Below, piece after piece: positions 15,869 through 26,034 of a stretch of DNA of 33,974 nt (position 1 is the first letter of the stretch; every line of letters begins with the position of its first letter). The translations under genes were made by a program, and so were the position numbers. The DNA is taken from IMG/VR virus record IMGVR_UViG_3300011339_000175, positions 1-33,974 of that record; one strand, given 5' to 3'. This DNA is from a virus (taxonomy: Duplodnaviria; Caudoviricetes). Below the pieces are notes generated by a model that worked only from the letters and a program-made list of their open reading frames with translations, did not search any database and was not told the DNA's origin.

Positions 15869-17003
15869 AATATTTAAGCACCTTGAAAATTCAACAAAGA
15901 GAATAACGATTGAGCAAGGTGGCTCACGATCTGGAAAGACTTATAATATATTGATGTGGTTAATCTTTGCTTATTCAAATAGGAATAGCGGTAAGACGAT
16001 AACCATTTGCAGAAAAACATTTCCAGCATTGAGAGCCAGTTCGATGAGGGATTTTTTCGATATATTAAAGAAATACGATTTATACAAAGAGGCAAACCAC
16101 AACAAGAGTAATTCTGAGTATCTTTTAAACAACAATCTATTCGAGTTTATATCATTAGACCAGCCACAAAAAGTAAGAGGTCGTAAAAGAGATATGTTAT
16201 ATATAAACGAGGCAAATGAATTATACTTTGAAGACTGGCAGCAGTTAATTTTAAGAACAACAGACAAGGCAATCCTAGACTACAATCCCTCAGATGAGTT
16301 TCATTTTATTTATGAGAAAATAAAACCTAGAGACGATGCAGAATTTTTTATTACTACCTACAAAGACAATCCATTTTTAGATATTGAAACATTAAACGAA
16401 ATAGAGAGGTTAAGATTCGTTGATGAGAACTATTGGAAGATTTACGGACTAGGACAAGTCGGCTCAAGTCAAGCATTAATCTTCCGTATAAACGAATGCA
16501 ATAGTATTCCAGCAGAGGCAAAGTTTTTAAGTTACGGAATGGACTTCGGTTTCACGAATGACCCGACAACTTTAGTGGCAATTTACCAGCAAGGAGATAA
16601 CATTTATTTGAAAGAGTTATTATATCAAACCGGATTAACAAACAGAGATATAAACGAAAAATTAAAGTTACACTCAGTAGATAGAAAGGAAATATTTGCA
16701 GACTCGGCAGAGCCAAAATCAATAGAGGAATTATACCGAATGGGTTGGAATATTAAACCAGCTACTAAAGGACAAGGAAGCGTAAACATCGGAATCGATA
16801 TGATGAAACGTTACCAGATCCACGTTACTAAAGATTCAGTCAATATGATTAAAGAATTTAGAAACTACAAATGGCAAGAGGATAAAAACGGAAACGTATT
16901 GAATACTCCGGTTGATATGTTTAACCATACTATCGATGCAATCCGATATGGCCTATACGATAAACTAGCCAGACCAAACTACGGCAAGTATGCAGTAAAA
17001 TAA
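15849..17003 (+). CDS. terL: Terminase large subunit (PBSX-like)
   Basis: QGGSRSGKT, YINEANE, LDYNP, GMDFGFTNDPT, ADSAEPKSI, NHTIDAIRY. Confidence 0.95.
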   Translation: MEITTNKIFKHLENSTKRITIEQGGSRSGKTYNILMWLIFAYSNRNSGKTITICRKTFPALRASSMRDFFDILKKYDLYKEANHNKSNSEYLLNNNLFEFISLDQPQKVRGRKRDMLYINEANELYFEDWQQLILRTTDKAILDYNPSDEFHFIYEKIKPRDDAEFFITTYKDNPFLDIETLNEIERLRFVDENYWKIYGLGQVGSSQALIFRINECNSIPAEAKFLSYGMDFGFTNDPTTLVAIYQQGDNIYLKELLYQTGLTNRDINEKLKLHSVDRKEIFADSAEPKSIEELYRMGWNIKPATKGQGSVNIGIDMMKRYQIHVTKDSVNMIKEFRNYKWQEDKNGNVLNTPVDMFNHTIDAIRYGLYDKLARPNYGKYAVK

Positions 17004-17009
17004 GACTCA

Positions 17010-17033
17010 CAAATAAATAATATAAACGTTATA
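17010..17033 (+). promoter_or_regulatory. Putative late promoter 1
   Basis: CAAA-N13-CGTTATA, intergenic, before the tail module. Confidence 0.7.
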
Positions 17034-17038
17034 TACAT

Positions 17039-17704
17039 ATGAAATTAATAGTTCCAAGTTCACTAGAGGAAATCAGTCTAAGCAAATACCAGAGATACTT
17101 AAAAGAGTTTGAGTATAGCAAAAGTAAAAAAAACCAAGAGACATATCTAGGTTTGAAAATGCTAGAGATATTCTGCGAAATAACAGAGGACCAAGCAAAG
17201 CAAATTGATTCAGACTCTGCAAACAAAGTAGTAAAGATATTAGTCGATTTACTTTCTCAAGAGCAGAAACTAGTTGAAAGTTTTAATCTGGGAGGGATTC
17301 AGTTCGGTTGGATTCCTAAATTAGATAATTTATCATTTGGAGAGTTTCTAGACGTAAACAATAACATAGACAACTGGGAGGATATTGTTATCGCTATGGG
17401 AGTTTTATATAGACCGGTAACCGGAAGAGCAGCAGACGGAAAATATTTGATTGAGAAATACGAGGGAGACAAGTATCACGAAATATTAAAAGAGATGCCT
17501 CTAAATGTTGTACTCGGAGCAACGGTTTTTTTTTGGAATTTAGGACTGGATTTAGTGACATCTATCCTAAACTCTTTGGAGTCGGAAATGAACAAGATGA
17601 GTTCAGTACAGAGACGCAATTTTCAAGAGAGTGGGGATGGTTTGCTTCTCTCGCTGAACTCGCTAAAAATGACGTTACACGAATTGAAAAGGTTACCAAA
17701 TTAA
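17039..17704 (+). CDS. Putative tail assembly chaperone (zero-frame product)
   Basis: 221 aa with slippery T9 at 17526-17534 (GATVFFW) and an overlapping -1 frame ORF. Confidence 0.65.
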   Translation: MKLIVPSSLEEISLSKYQRYLKEFEYSKSKKNQETYLGLKMLEIFCEITEDQAKQIDSDSANKVVKILVDLLSQEQKLVESFNLGGIQFGWIPKLDNLSFGEFLDVNNNIDNWEDIVIAMGVLYRPVTGRAADGKYLIEKYEGDKYHEILKEMPLNVVLGATVFFWNLGLDLVTSILNSLESEMNKMSSVQRRNFQESGDGLLLSLNSLKMTLHELKRLPN

Positions 17705-17802
17705 ATATGCACTTGTGTTTAAAGTTTTTATCTTATAAGATAGGCAAAGATGAATTAAGAGCAAAGCAATTAGATAAAATAAATAGAAAGTATGGACGAT
17801 AA
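17527..17802 (+). CDS. -1 frameshift extension of tail assembly chaperone
   Basis: T TTT TTT heptamer; -1 frame continues LEFRTGFSDIYPKLFG...EWGWF... to a stop at 17802 that overlaps the next gene start. Confidence 0.7.
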   Translation, partial: FFLEFRTGFSDIYPKLFGVGNEQDEFSTETQFSREWGWFASLAELAKNDVTRIEKVTKLNMHLCLKFLSYKIGKDELRAKQLDKINRKYGR

Positions 17803-18262
17803 AAAAGGAGTAGAGGCATTATACAATATTATAGATTCTTTAAACGAAGAGTTAAGTAGCAATCCATTTGTAAATAAAGTAACAGTAGGAAGACTAACTG
17901 AAATTGATTTGGCTAAAAATACTATATTCCCTTTGAGCCATATAATGTTAAATTCAATTAGACATAACGAGAATACTCTATCATTCAATTTGAGCATATA
18001 TAATCTAGATATCGTAAACATATCAAAGGAAAGCGAAATAGGTGTTTACGGAAACGATAATACTTTTTATATACTATCTAACCAACTCTATGTTATTAAT
18101 CGTTTATTGAGCCGTTTAAAGCAGTCTACAATATACAAAGACGGTTGGGAATTAGAAGGCACTCCAGATAGTGACGTAATCGATAAAGAGATGGAAAATA
18201 TGTTAACCGGATACCAAACAGATATAACTATAAATGTACCTAACGACATCTCAAAATGTTAA
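17792..18262 (+). CDS. Putative tail completion/terminator protein
   Basis: 156 aa acidic, IFPLSHI; position in the tail module. Confidence 0.5.
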   Translation: MDDKKGVEALYNIIDSLNEELSSNPFVNKVTVGRLTEIDLAKNTIFPLSHIMLNSIRHNENTLSFNLSIYNLDIVNISKESEIGVYGNDNTFYILSNQLYVINRLLSRLKQSTIYKDGWELEGTPDSDVIDKEMENMLTGYQTDITINVPNDISKC

Positions 18263-18804
18263 ATATAAAGTTTGAGCATTTAATAGATGCTATGAATGAG
18301 TTTGGCGATAAGGTTGTTGCAGATGCTAAACAAAACTTAAAAGACAAAAAGAAAGTCGACACCGGTAAACTAGAAAAAAGCGTAGTTAATAACGGAGTAA
18401 GATTTATGAAACGGTCATTTAGTTTGAATATTGGAATGTCAGACTACGGAGCATTTGTTGATAAGGGAGTCAGAGGAGTTGGAGGAGTAAGAAAGCAAAC
18501 AAGTACGTTTAAAAGAACAAACAACAAAGGTAAACTTTGGAAGCAAAACGGAGGAGATAGTCCTTATAGTTTTAAAGAGGGAAAAAAACCAAGCGTTAAA
18601 CATTTTATTGACTGGAGTAACAAGAGAGGATTAAGTCCGTTTGCAGTCAGAGAGTCAGTTTATCATCAAGGTATTAAACCTACATACTTTTTGAAAGATG
18701 CAGTAGAGGAAAACATAAAACTTATGCCAAAAGAAATAGCAGAGGCATTCGCTCTAGACGTAAAGTCAACAATAGAATTAATAGCAAAATCAAATTTTAA
18801 ATAA
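18256..18804 (+). CDS. Putative neck/tail-completion protein (HK97 gp10-like)
   Basis: Basic 182 aa; DTGKLEKSV, YGAFVDKG, GIKPTYFL. Confidence 0.55.
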   Translation: MLNIKFEHLIDAMNEFGDKVVADAKQNLKDKKKVDTGKLEKSVVNNGVRFMKRSFSLNIGMSDYGAFVDKGVRGVGGVRKQTSTFKRTNNKGKLWKQNGGDSPYSFKEGKKPSVKHFIDWSNKRGLSPFAVRESVYHQGIKPTYFLKDAVEENIKLMPKEIAEAFALDVKSTIELIAKSNFK

Positions 18805-18805
18805 T

Positions 18806-19891
18806 ATGCCACCACCTACAATAAAAGTTATATTAGCTAGAAGTCCTTATCAAGTTGTAATTAACGAGACTAATCAAGTTAAAACAAAAGTTGAATTAAG
18901 ATTATGGAATAAAGGATTCAGTACAAGACCTACAAATCCAACTTATATAATGAGTGAGGGAATTGCATCAGTAACTCAAAAAGAAACCAATTATAATATA
19001 TCTCCGTTTATTTTAGAGTTTATAGATAAATTTAAATTGAGGTATAATCCAAACTCAATAATTGAAGCCGATTATAATGAATGGTGCGTAGGAGAGTATA
19101 AGACTTTTTATAGTACAGATGGAACTACGTATAATACGCTAGACACAATAGAATTTTGTGCAGTAAATGGCTATTCAAATGTAGAGCAAGGAGTAAATTT
19201 TGATGTAGCAAATGCAAAGCCTTATTTATTATTAGCAAATCCAAATATAAAAGTTTATTGGAATACTACTATACCTTATTTTAATTTTCTTTGTAGAGAA
19301 AGCGGAGTTACATATTTTGCACAATGGGTAGATAAGTCTGACGAAGTTACAAAGACACAGACTTTTTATACCGGAGTAGATGAATTTTTTAATTATGCTA
19401 TTCCTTTAATATTTGGTGCAAGTGTAAGAGTAGAAATATATAACGAGTCTAACGAATTACTTACAAAAGTAGAAACTGAGGAAATCTGTGAGCCAAAATA
19501 TCCTATTCAAGTATTATGGTTTGTAAATAGGTTTGGAGGTTGGAATCATTTTTCATTTTTCAAAGCAAGTTACAATTCAATCGATGTTAAGAATAGCGAT
19601 TATGCTTTAATGCAAAAAAACGTTAATTATAACTATCGTAAAGGCCAGACAAAGCCATTTAATATAAATGGAACAGAAAGTATTAAAGTTAATACCGGAT
19701 GGATTACAGAGGATTATTTTGAGTGGATTGAGGAAATGATGTTAAGCGATACAATTTTACTTTCAAGTAGTCAATTTCCGATTACAATCAAGACTACGAG
19801 TATGCAGAAGAAAACAGAATTAAAAGACAAAAACATCAACTATACTCTAGAGTTTGAATTTGCGAATAAACTAATTAACAACATCGTATAA
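18806..19891 (+). CDS. Tail/baseplate structural protein
   Basis: 361 aa, aromatic/beta-rich, in the tail module. Confidence 0.55.
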   Translation: MPPPTIKVILARSPYQVVINETNQVKTKVELRLWNKGFSTRPTNPTYIMSEGIASVTQKETNYNISPFILEFIDKFKLRYNPNSIIEADYNEWCVGEYKTFYSTDGTTYNTLDTIEFCAVNGYSNVEQGVNFDVANAKPYLLLANPNIKVYWNTTIPYFNFLCRESGVTYFAQWVDKSDEVTKTQTFYTGVDEFFNYAIPLIFGASVRVEIYNESNELLTKVETEEICEPKYPIQVLWFVNRFGGWNHFSFFKASYNSIDVKNSDYALMQKNVNYNYRKGQTKPFNINGTESIKVNTGWITEDYFEWIEEMMLSDTILLSSSQFPITIKTTSMQKKTELKDKNINYTLEFEFANKLINNIV

Positions 19892-22518
19892 TGAAATTAA
19901 GCGTAGAGGTTTATATTAAGAAAAATACTTTAGAGATTAGTGGAGCATCTACTGGCATTAATGCATCTCCATTTTTAAATATTGAAACTAACTTAACAAT
20001 GACTACAAATCAATATGTAGGTTTTTATGTTAAGATTATTAATGGAGATAGTGCCGGATTAATTAGTTGGATTCTTTCAAACACAACGACAAGATTAACT
20101 TTAGAAACTGGAATCCCAATAACTACCGGAGATAAATTCGAAATATACCGAAGCGATTATCAAAGACTAGATTTATTCAAAGACGAAAAAATTAGCATCA
20201 CTTCCCAGATTGGAAATGCAAATGACATAGGTAAATTATATACAGACTACACGCAGTCTTTTACTATTCCAGCATCAAAGAATAACAATCAAATCTTATC
20301 GCATTGGTATGAAAGTTCAGTTGATAATGGATTCGACCACAGAATGCGTTATGATGCTTTTATAGAGGTTAATACGCACAGATTTAGAGACGGAACTATT
20401 CAACTAGAGAAAGCAGACAAAAAAGACGGATTTATTGAAAGCTATTCGGTTACGTTTTATGGTAACTTAGTTCAGTTAAAAGACATTATCAAAGATGATA
20501 AATTAAATACTTTAGACTATACAAGTTTAAATCATACTTATAATAGTGGAGCGGTTATACCTAGAGTTCAATTAACTAATAATCCGAGTACTGGATTGCC
20601 TTATTCCGTTAGATATCCATTAATAGGAAATGCTTATAAATATGAATACCAAACCGGAAGCGTAACAAACGATATTACTTTATCAACCGGAGCAATCAAA
20701 TGGAATGAGTTATTTCCAGCTATTACTTTGGCTTCTATTTTTTCTTTTATTCAAGCAAAATACGGGGTTATTTTTACTGGTAGTTTTTTCAATTTAAACC
20801 AATGGAAAAAATTACACCTTTATTTGAAAAATGCATTGTCTATGTCTGAAATAACTCAGAGGTTAAAAATGGATTATACAAGTATCGTTACTACAAGTCC
20901 TTTCGTAGCGTTTCCCGAATTTAATTTAACAACAGATACTTTGACATCAACTTGGAGTTTTGTACCGGCTAACGCAGTTGGAGACATTTACGTTTTTATT
21001 AATATTACTATTACTCCTTTAAGTGGATTTACAAATATTCCTTATAGTGTATTTTGTTATAGAGACGGAGAACTATACAGAACTTTTACAAACTTAACTG
21101 GAACTAGAACAGTAAGAGGAGAGGAAGTTAGACGAAGTACAGATGGAGCATCACATAAATATACTTTTTCTTTTTCGTCTGCACAAACGATGAATTTTAC
21201 TAGTATTATAGAATACCAAAGATGTTATGCAGTACCGGTAACTTATGTACAAGTAATAACTAGAAGTAGAGCAACAAGTGGAACATTAACAACAGTAAGT
21301 AATATTGATATTGTAAACTATATCCCGGACATCAAAACAATAGATTTTTTAACCGGTATAATTAAGACATTCAATTTAATGATTATTCCAAGACCGAATA
21401 ATACATATGAATTTGCACCACTTGAAATGTTTTATAATGCTGGTAAAACTTTGGACATAACAGAGTATACCTACGAAAATGAAATGAGTATAAATAAACC
21501 TAAATTGTTTAAGAGTATAAATTTTAAATATGAGGAAAGTACTAATGTATTAAACGAGCAGTTCAAAAGTTTATTCGGAAATGCTTACGGAGATTTGATT
21601 TATAATTCAGAGAGGATTACAGAGAACTCAACATACGAAATTAAACTACCATTTGAGAACGTATTATTTGAAGTTCCAACGCAAGGAAAATTATTTCAAA
21701 CTGCTACTCTAGTGGACAAGGATTTAAAGCCATATATACCAAAGCCAATGCTTATTTATATTAATGGAGCAGTAACTGCATTAACTGGTAGCGATAGAAT
21801 ATATATGACTCAATCTAGTGGAGGTCCTACTACAATAGTAAATTATATGCGTTTCTCAAATGAATATGATAATATGCCAACAGATGCAACTCATTCTCAA
21901 TTAATGACAATGAACTTTGGAAATGAGCAGTCAAGTTGGCTAAACGAATTAGCACCTCAAGGACTTTATTATAGACATTATAAAAACTTCGTTGACAATC
22001 TTTACAATATAAAAACTAGATTGATAAAAGTAAAAGCATTACTACCGGCAAGTTTGTTAGGAAGTACAGTAACAAATGGAGCGGGTATTCCTTTAGGTAT
22101 TGCATTAAATGATAGACTAGTAATTCGCAATAAAAGATACTTAATAAATTCATTCACTACGGATTTAACAACCGGAGAAACTGACTTCGAACTATTGACA
22201 GATTACAGAGGAGTAGATGCAGCTAGTACAGTTGGTTATAGATTTGCTGATATGGAGAATATCCAAACAGACAAAGAGGCCCTAGTATTTGACGTAGAAA
22301 TATACTTGAATGATTATGACTCTTTCGATATAAAAGCATCAACTTCCTTCTTATCTTATACTCACACAAGTAATAATAAAAGCGATAAACTTTTAACAGT
22401 TACAGTTCCGGTAAATTCAACCGGATTAGATAGAACTGGAGTAATTATATTAGAATATAAAATAAACGGAGCAACAGTAAAAACAGAATATATATTCGTA
22501 ATCCAAACTGCAATATGA
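19891..22518 (+). CDS. Large tail tip/baseplate hub protein
   Basis: 875 aa upstream of the tape measure; QRLDLFKDE...YTQSFTIPAS. Confidence 0.6.
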   Translation: MKLSVEVYIKKNTLEISGASTGINASPFLNIETNLTMTTNQYVGFYVKIINGDSAGLISWILSNTTTRLTLETGIPITTGDKFEIYRSDYQRLDLFKDEKISITSQIGNANDIGKLYTDYTQSFTIPASKNNNQILSHWYESSVDNGFDHRMRYDAFIEVNTHRFRDGTIQLEKADKKDGFIESYSVTFYGNLVQLKDIIKDDKLNTLDYTSLNHTYNSGAVIPRVQLTNNPSTGLPYSVRYPLIGNAYKYEYQTGSVTNDITLSTGAIKWNELFPAITLASIFSFIQAKYGVIFTGSFFNLNQWKKLHLYLKNALSMSEITQRLKMDYTSIVTTSPFVAFPEFNLTTDTLTSTWSFVPANAVGDIYVFINITITPLSGFTNIPYSVFCYRDGELYRTFTNLTGTRTVRGEEVRRSTDGASHKYTFSFSSAQTMNFTSIIEYQRCYAVPVTYVQVITRSRATSGTLTTVSNIDIVNYIPDIKTIDFLTGIIKTFNLMIIPRPNNTYEFAPLEMFYNAGKTLDITEYTYENEMSINKPKLFKSINFKYEESTNVLNEQFKSLFGNAYGDLIYNSERITENSTYEIKLPFENVLFEVPTQGKLFQTATLVDKDLKPYIPKPMLIYINGAVTALTGSDRIYMTQSSGGPTTIVNYMRFSNEYDNMPTDATHSQLMTMNFGNEQSSWLNELAPQGLYYRHYKNFVDNLYNIKTRLIKVKALLPASLLGSTVTNGAGIPLGIALNDRLVIRNKRYLINSFTTDLTTGETDFELLTDYRGVDAASTVGYRFADMENIQTDKEALVFDVEIYLNDYDSFDIKASTSFLSYTHTSNNKSDKLLTVTVPVNSTGLDRTGVIILEYKINGATVKTEYIFVIQTAI

Positions 22519-22667
22519 TAGAGCAAATATTAACATTATTGAAAGAGTCAAATCACTACGGACAGAGTGAATTGATAGAAATAGCAAAGGGAAAAAACAA
22601 ACATCCAGAAACTTGGATAGAAGCATTTAAACAACATAAAAGACTATTGAAATGGCACAAGAAATAG
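22515..22667 (+). CDS. 50-aa hypothetical protein (not in ORF track)
   Basis: MIEQILTLLKESNHYGQSELIEIAKGKNKHPETWIEAFKQHKRLLKWHKK*; overlaps both neighbours. Confidence 0.6.
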   Translation: MIEQILTLLKESNHYGQSELIEIAKGKNKHPETWIEAFKQHKRLLKWHKK

Positions 22668-24544
22668 ACATTAATTTAAACGTAAATGCAGAACAAGCAG
22701 ACAAGTCTCTCGGTAGTTTAAAGAGTCAGTTAAGAGAAGCACAACAAGACGTACAAAAGTTAGCCGATAAGTTCGGTGCAACATCACAAGAGGCCGTAAA
22801 TGCAGCTAAAAAAGCAGCAGAACTAAAAGACAGAATAGGCGATGCTAAAACTTTAACAGAAGCGTTTAATCCAGATGCAAAATTCAAGGCATTAAGTGCA
22901 TCACTTTCTGGAGTGGCCGGAGGATTTGCAGCCTATCAAGGTGCTATGGGATTGGTTGGAGTTGAGTCTAAAGATTTAGAGAAACAACTTTTAAAAGTTC
23001 AGTCTGCAATGGCTATCGCACAAGGTTTCCAAGCACTAGGAGAGGCAAGAGATAGCTTTAAGCAATTAAAGGCCGTAGCTATTGATGCATTTAACGGAAT
23101 AAAAACTGCAATCGGTAGTACTGGAATAGGTTTATTAGTTGTTGCTGCCGGTGCTTTGTATGCTTATTGGGACGATATCAAAGAGGCAGTAAGTGGAGTA
23201 AGCGAAGAGCAAAAGAAACTTAATGCTCAGAGTCAAAAAAACGTTGACTTAGAGAATGAGAAACTTAAAACGATAGGAAGCCAAGATAATATATTAAAAC
23301 TTCAAGGCAAGTCAGAGAAAGAGATTTTAGATATTAAAATCAAACAGACAGATGAGGCAATCGCTGCAAATAAAATAAACCAAGAAAATCAAATACTAAA
23401 CACCAAACTAGCAACAGAAGCAGCACAAAGAAATTATGAGATGTTAAAATCGTTTATTGATTTTATCTCTATTCCTCAAAGAATATTATTTGAAACTGGT
23501 GCAAAAGCTATTAATAAAATAATTGATTTAATAAATAAAATCCCCGGCATTGACCTTAAATATAAAATCGATGAGAAGTTTGCAGAGCAATCAGTTGACT
23601 ATTTAACAAAATTAGCATTCGATCCAGAGAAAGTAAAAAAGGACGGAGAGGCAACTGTAAAAGCATCACAAGACACAATCAATAAACTTTTAAATGACAG
23701 AGCCGGTTATCAATTAGGTAAAATGGCTATTGATAAAAAAACCGAATTAACAGACGAGGAGAGACTAAAAAAGTTAAAAGAGTTAAACGATAATTACAAT
23801 AAAAAATTAGCAGAAGAGGAAACGTCTTTTGATTTAACAGATTTACAAAATAAACAAGACAAACTTAATGCCGATGCAAAATTTAAGGAAGACCAAATAG
23901 CAGCAGAAGAAGCCTATCAATATAAAATAACACAACTTCAATACGATAGCCAATACGAAAGAGAACAAAGAGAGGAAGAAGATAGACAAAGAAAAATACA
24001 ATCATTCCAAGACACAACAGATGCAATAGGAAGTATTGCTCAAAGTGGAGAGCAACTACTTTCATCACTTCAAGCTACTGGATTAGCAAGAGGCAAAGCC
24101 GGTCAAGCAGCTATGAAAGCACTTGCGTTAATTCAAATAGGTGCTGATAGTGCTATTGCATTTTCTAAAATGATGCAAGGTACAGAGATAAGTGCAGCCG
24201 GAGCAGCAACCGGAGTACCACCACCGGCAGCACCAGCTACATATCTAGCAACTAAGATAGCATTTTACGCTAGTGGTAGTGCAACTATATTAGCAAATTT
24301 AGCAAGAGCAAAAGCGTTACTCTCTGGAGGAGGAGGAGGCGGAGGAGGAGCAACAGTCGGAGGCGGAGCAGTACCGGCAGCAGCACCAAGTTTCAACGTA
24401 GTAGGACCAAGTGGAGCGAATCAAATAGCAGAAAGTATAGCCGGTAAAGAAAGCCAACCTATGAGAGCATTCGTTGTGGGGGGAGATGTAAGTACACAAC
24501 AAAGCTTAAATCGTTCAATCGTACAAAATGCAACATTAGGATAA
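22652..24544 (+). CDS. Tape measure protein
   Basis: 630 aa, Ala/Lys/Gln-rich helical with hydrophobic Gly/Ala segments and a Gly run near the C-terminus. Confidence 0.8.
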   Translation: MAQEIDINLNVNAEQADKSLGSLKSQLREAQQDVQKLADKFGATSQEAVNAAKKAAELKDRIGDAKTLTEAFNPDAKFKALSASLSGVAGGFAAYQGAMGLVGVESKDLEKQLLKVQSAMAIAQGFQALGEARDSFKQLKAVAIDAFNGIKTAIGSTGIGLLVVAAGALYAYWDDIKEAVSGVSEEQKKLNAQSQKNVDLENEKLKTIGSQDNILKLQGKSEKEILDIKIKQTDEAIAANKINQENQILNTKLATEAAQRNYEMLKSFIDFISIPQRILFETGAKAINKIIDLINKIPGIDLKYKIDEKFAEQSVDYLTKLAFDPEKVKKDGEATVKASQDTINKLLNDRAGYQLGKMAIDKKTELTDEERLKKLKELNDNYNKKLAEEETSFDLTDLQNKQDKLNADAKFKEDQIAAEEAYQYKITQLQYDSQYEREQREEEDRQRKIQSFQDTTDAIGSIAQSGEQLLSSLQATGLARGKAGQAAMKALALIQIGADSAIAFSKMMQGTEISAAGAATGVPPPAAPATYLATKIAFYASGSATILANLARAKALLSGGGGGGGGATVGGGAVPAAAPSFNVVGPSGANQIAESIAGKESQPMRAFVVGGDVSTQQSLNRSIVQNATLG

Positions 24545-24551
24545 AAAAAAA

Positions 24552-24576
24552 CAAAAATTATAAAAAAAACGTTATA
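24552..24576 (+). promoter_or_regulatory. Putative late promoter 2
   Basis: CAAA-N14-CGTTATA. Confidence 0.7.
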
Positions 24577-24581
24577 AGATT

Positions 24582-25196
24582 ATGAAAGTAATAGAACTAA
24601 TAATTGACGAAACAATGGAACTTTCTGGAATAGACGCATATAGTTTAGTAGAAAGTCCAGCCACTGAAGAAACGTGGGTTGCTTTAAAAGAACAACCAAA
24701 GGAATTTAAATTTGCCGAAGTAGATACGGAGAAAAAAATCATTATGGGTGCAATGTTAGTACCAGATAAACCTATTTACAGAAGAGACGAAAACGAGGGA
24801 GAGTACTATATTTATTTTAGTAAAGATACAATCCGAAAATGTATGGAGTTATTCTTTCAAAATGGCAATCAGTCAAACGCTACATTTGAGCATATGGAAT
24901 CTATTACCGGATTAACTATGGTTGAGTCTTGGATAGTAGAGGACACAGACAAAGACAAATCTAAACTTTACGAATTGAATGTCCCGGTAGGAACTTGGAT
25001 GGGAACTATTAAAGTAAACAACGATAAGATTTGGAATGACTTTATTAAAACCGGTAAGGTTAAAGGATTTTCTATTGAGGGATATTTTGCGGACAAAGCA
25101 AAGACTCCACTTTCAAAAGTTGATGAGACAGAAGAGGAAATACTAGCCGGATTAGATTTATTAGAACTTCAAACACTATTGAATTATGGCAAATAA
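24582..25196 (+). CDS. Prohead protease (XkdF-like)
   Basis: EKKIIMGAMLVPDKPIYR, ATFEH, VESWI, GTW, KGFSIEG. Confidence 0.8.
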   Translation: MKVIELIIDETMELSGIDAYSLVESPATEETWVALKEQPKEFKFAEVDTEKKIIMGAMLVPDKPIYRRDENEGEYYIYFSKDTIRKCMELFFQNGNQSNATFEHMESITGLTMVESWIVEDTDKDKSKLYELNVPVGTWMGTIKVNNDKIWNDFIKTGKVKGFSIEGYFADKAKTPLSKVDETEEEILAGLDLLELQTLLNYGK

Positions 25197-25338
25197 AGAT
25201 TTTAAAACACCGAGTAGAACAAGTCCTAAAAATGACAAAAGAGGTTGTTTATGTCCAGACAATAAATACTCTAGAAAATGTTGTGACGGAAGTTTACAAG
25301 CACAAGGCATCGGAACTATTTACAGAAAGGCAGAATAA
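25186..25338 (+). CDS. 50-aa Cys-rich protein (not in ORF track)
   Basis: MANKDFKTPSRTSPKNDKRGCLCPDNKYSRKCCDGSLQAQGIGTIYRKAE*. Confidence 0.65.
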   Translation: MANKDFKTPSRTSPKNDKRGCLCPDNKYSRKCCDGSLQAQGIGTIYRKAE

Positions 25339-25343
25339 AAATG

Positions 25344-25368
25344 CAAAAAAAAATAGTACTTCGTTATA
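25344..25368 (+). promoter_or_regulatory. Putative late promoter 3
   Basis: CAAA-N14-CGTTATA upstream of scaffold/capsid. Confidence 0.7.
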
Positions 25369-25394
25369 TGGGTAAGAATTAATAATTTATAAAT

Positions 25395-25991
25395 ATGAAA
25401 AACACAGAAATTTTATCACGCATTAATGCGTTACTTCGCAGAAATGTGAAGTTAGAGCAGCAGACTCTAGATAACGGGACTGTTATTGAAGCCGATAGCT
25501 TTGAGGTAGGGATGCCAGTATTTGCTATTGACGGAGAAAACAAAACACCGTTAGAAATTGGGAGTTATTTATTAGCTGACGGTACAACTTTGGAGGTTTA
25601 CGAAATTGGAATGATTGGCGAATTAGCATCACCGGCTGCGGAAGTTGGAGAGACTGAAATGTCGGCAGAGCCAGAAGAGAAAACAGAAGAAGAAGCACCA
25701 GCAGAAGAGGCAACACCAGAATCAGAAGTTGAACTTGAAGCAGTACCAGCTACGTTAGAGGAAATCCTTACTAAAGTAATGGAATCACTACAACCTAAAA
25801 TGGATGAACTACAAGCTAAAATCGATGCTTGTATGGGAGGACAAATGGAAATGAAAGAAACTCTATCAAGCGTATCTAAAAAAGCAACAGTACACAAACC
25901 AGCAGACTCAAAATTAAATTTAGGGAAAGCAAACACCGGAAAGAATATCTCTTCCACAGAATCTAGAATAATGGCAGCATTATCAAACTAA
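25395..25991 (+). CDS. Putative capsid scaffolding protein
   Basis: 198 aa, very acidic, coiled coil, directly before the capsid gene. Confidence 0.65.
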   Translation: MKNTEILSRINALLRRNVKLEQQTLDNGTVIEADSFEVGMPVFAIDGENKTPLEIGSYLLADGTTLEVYEIGMIGELASPAAEVGETEMSAEPEEKTEEEAPAEEATPESEVELEAVPATLEEILTKVMESLQPKMDELQAKIDACMGGQMEMKETLSSVSKKATVHKPADSKLNLGKANTGKNISSTESRIMAALSN

Positions 25992-26034
25992 CAAATTAAA
26001 TAAATAAAAAATAAACTTAAAAAAATAAAAGAAA

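Noticed and set aside
24326-24349. GGA/GGC microsatellite as a contingency locus
   Set aside because: It is an in-frame glycine linker typical of tape measure C-termini.
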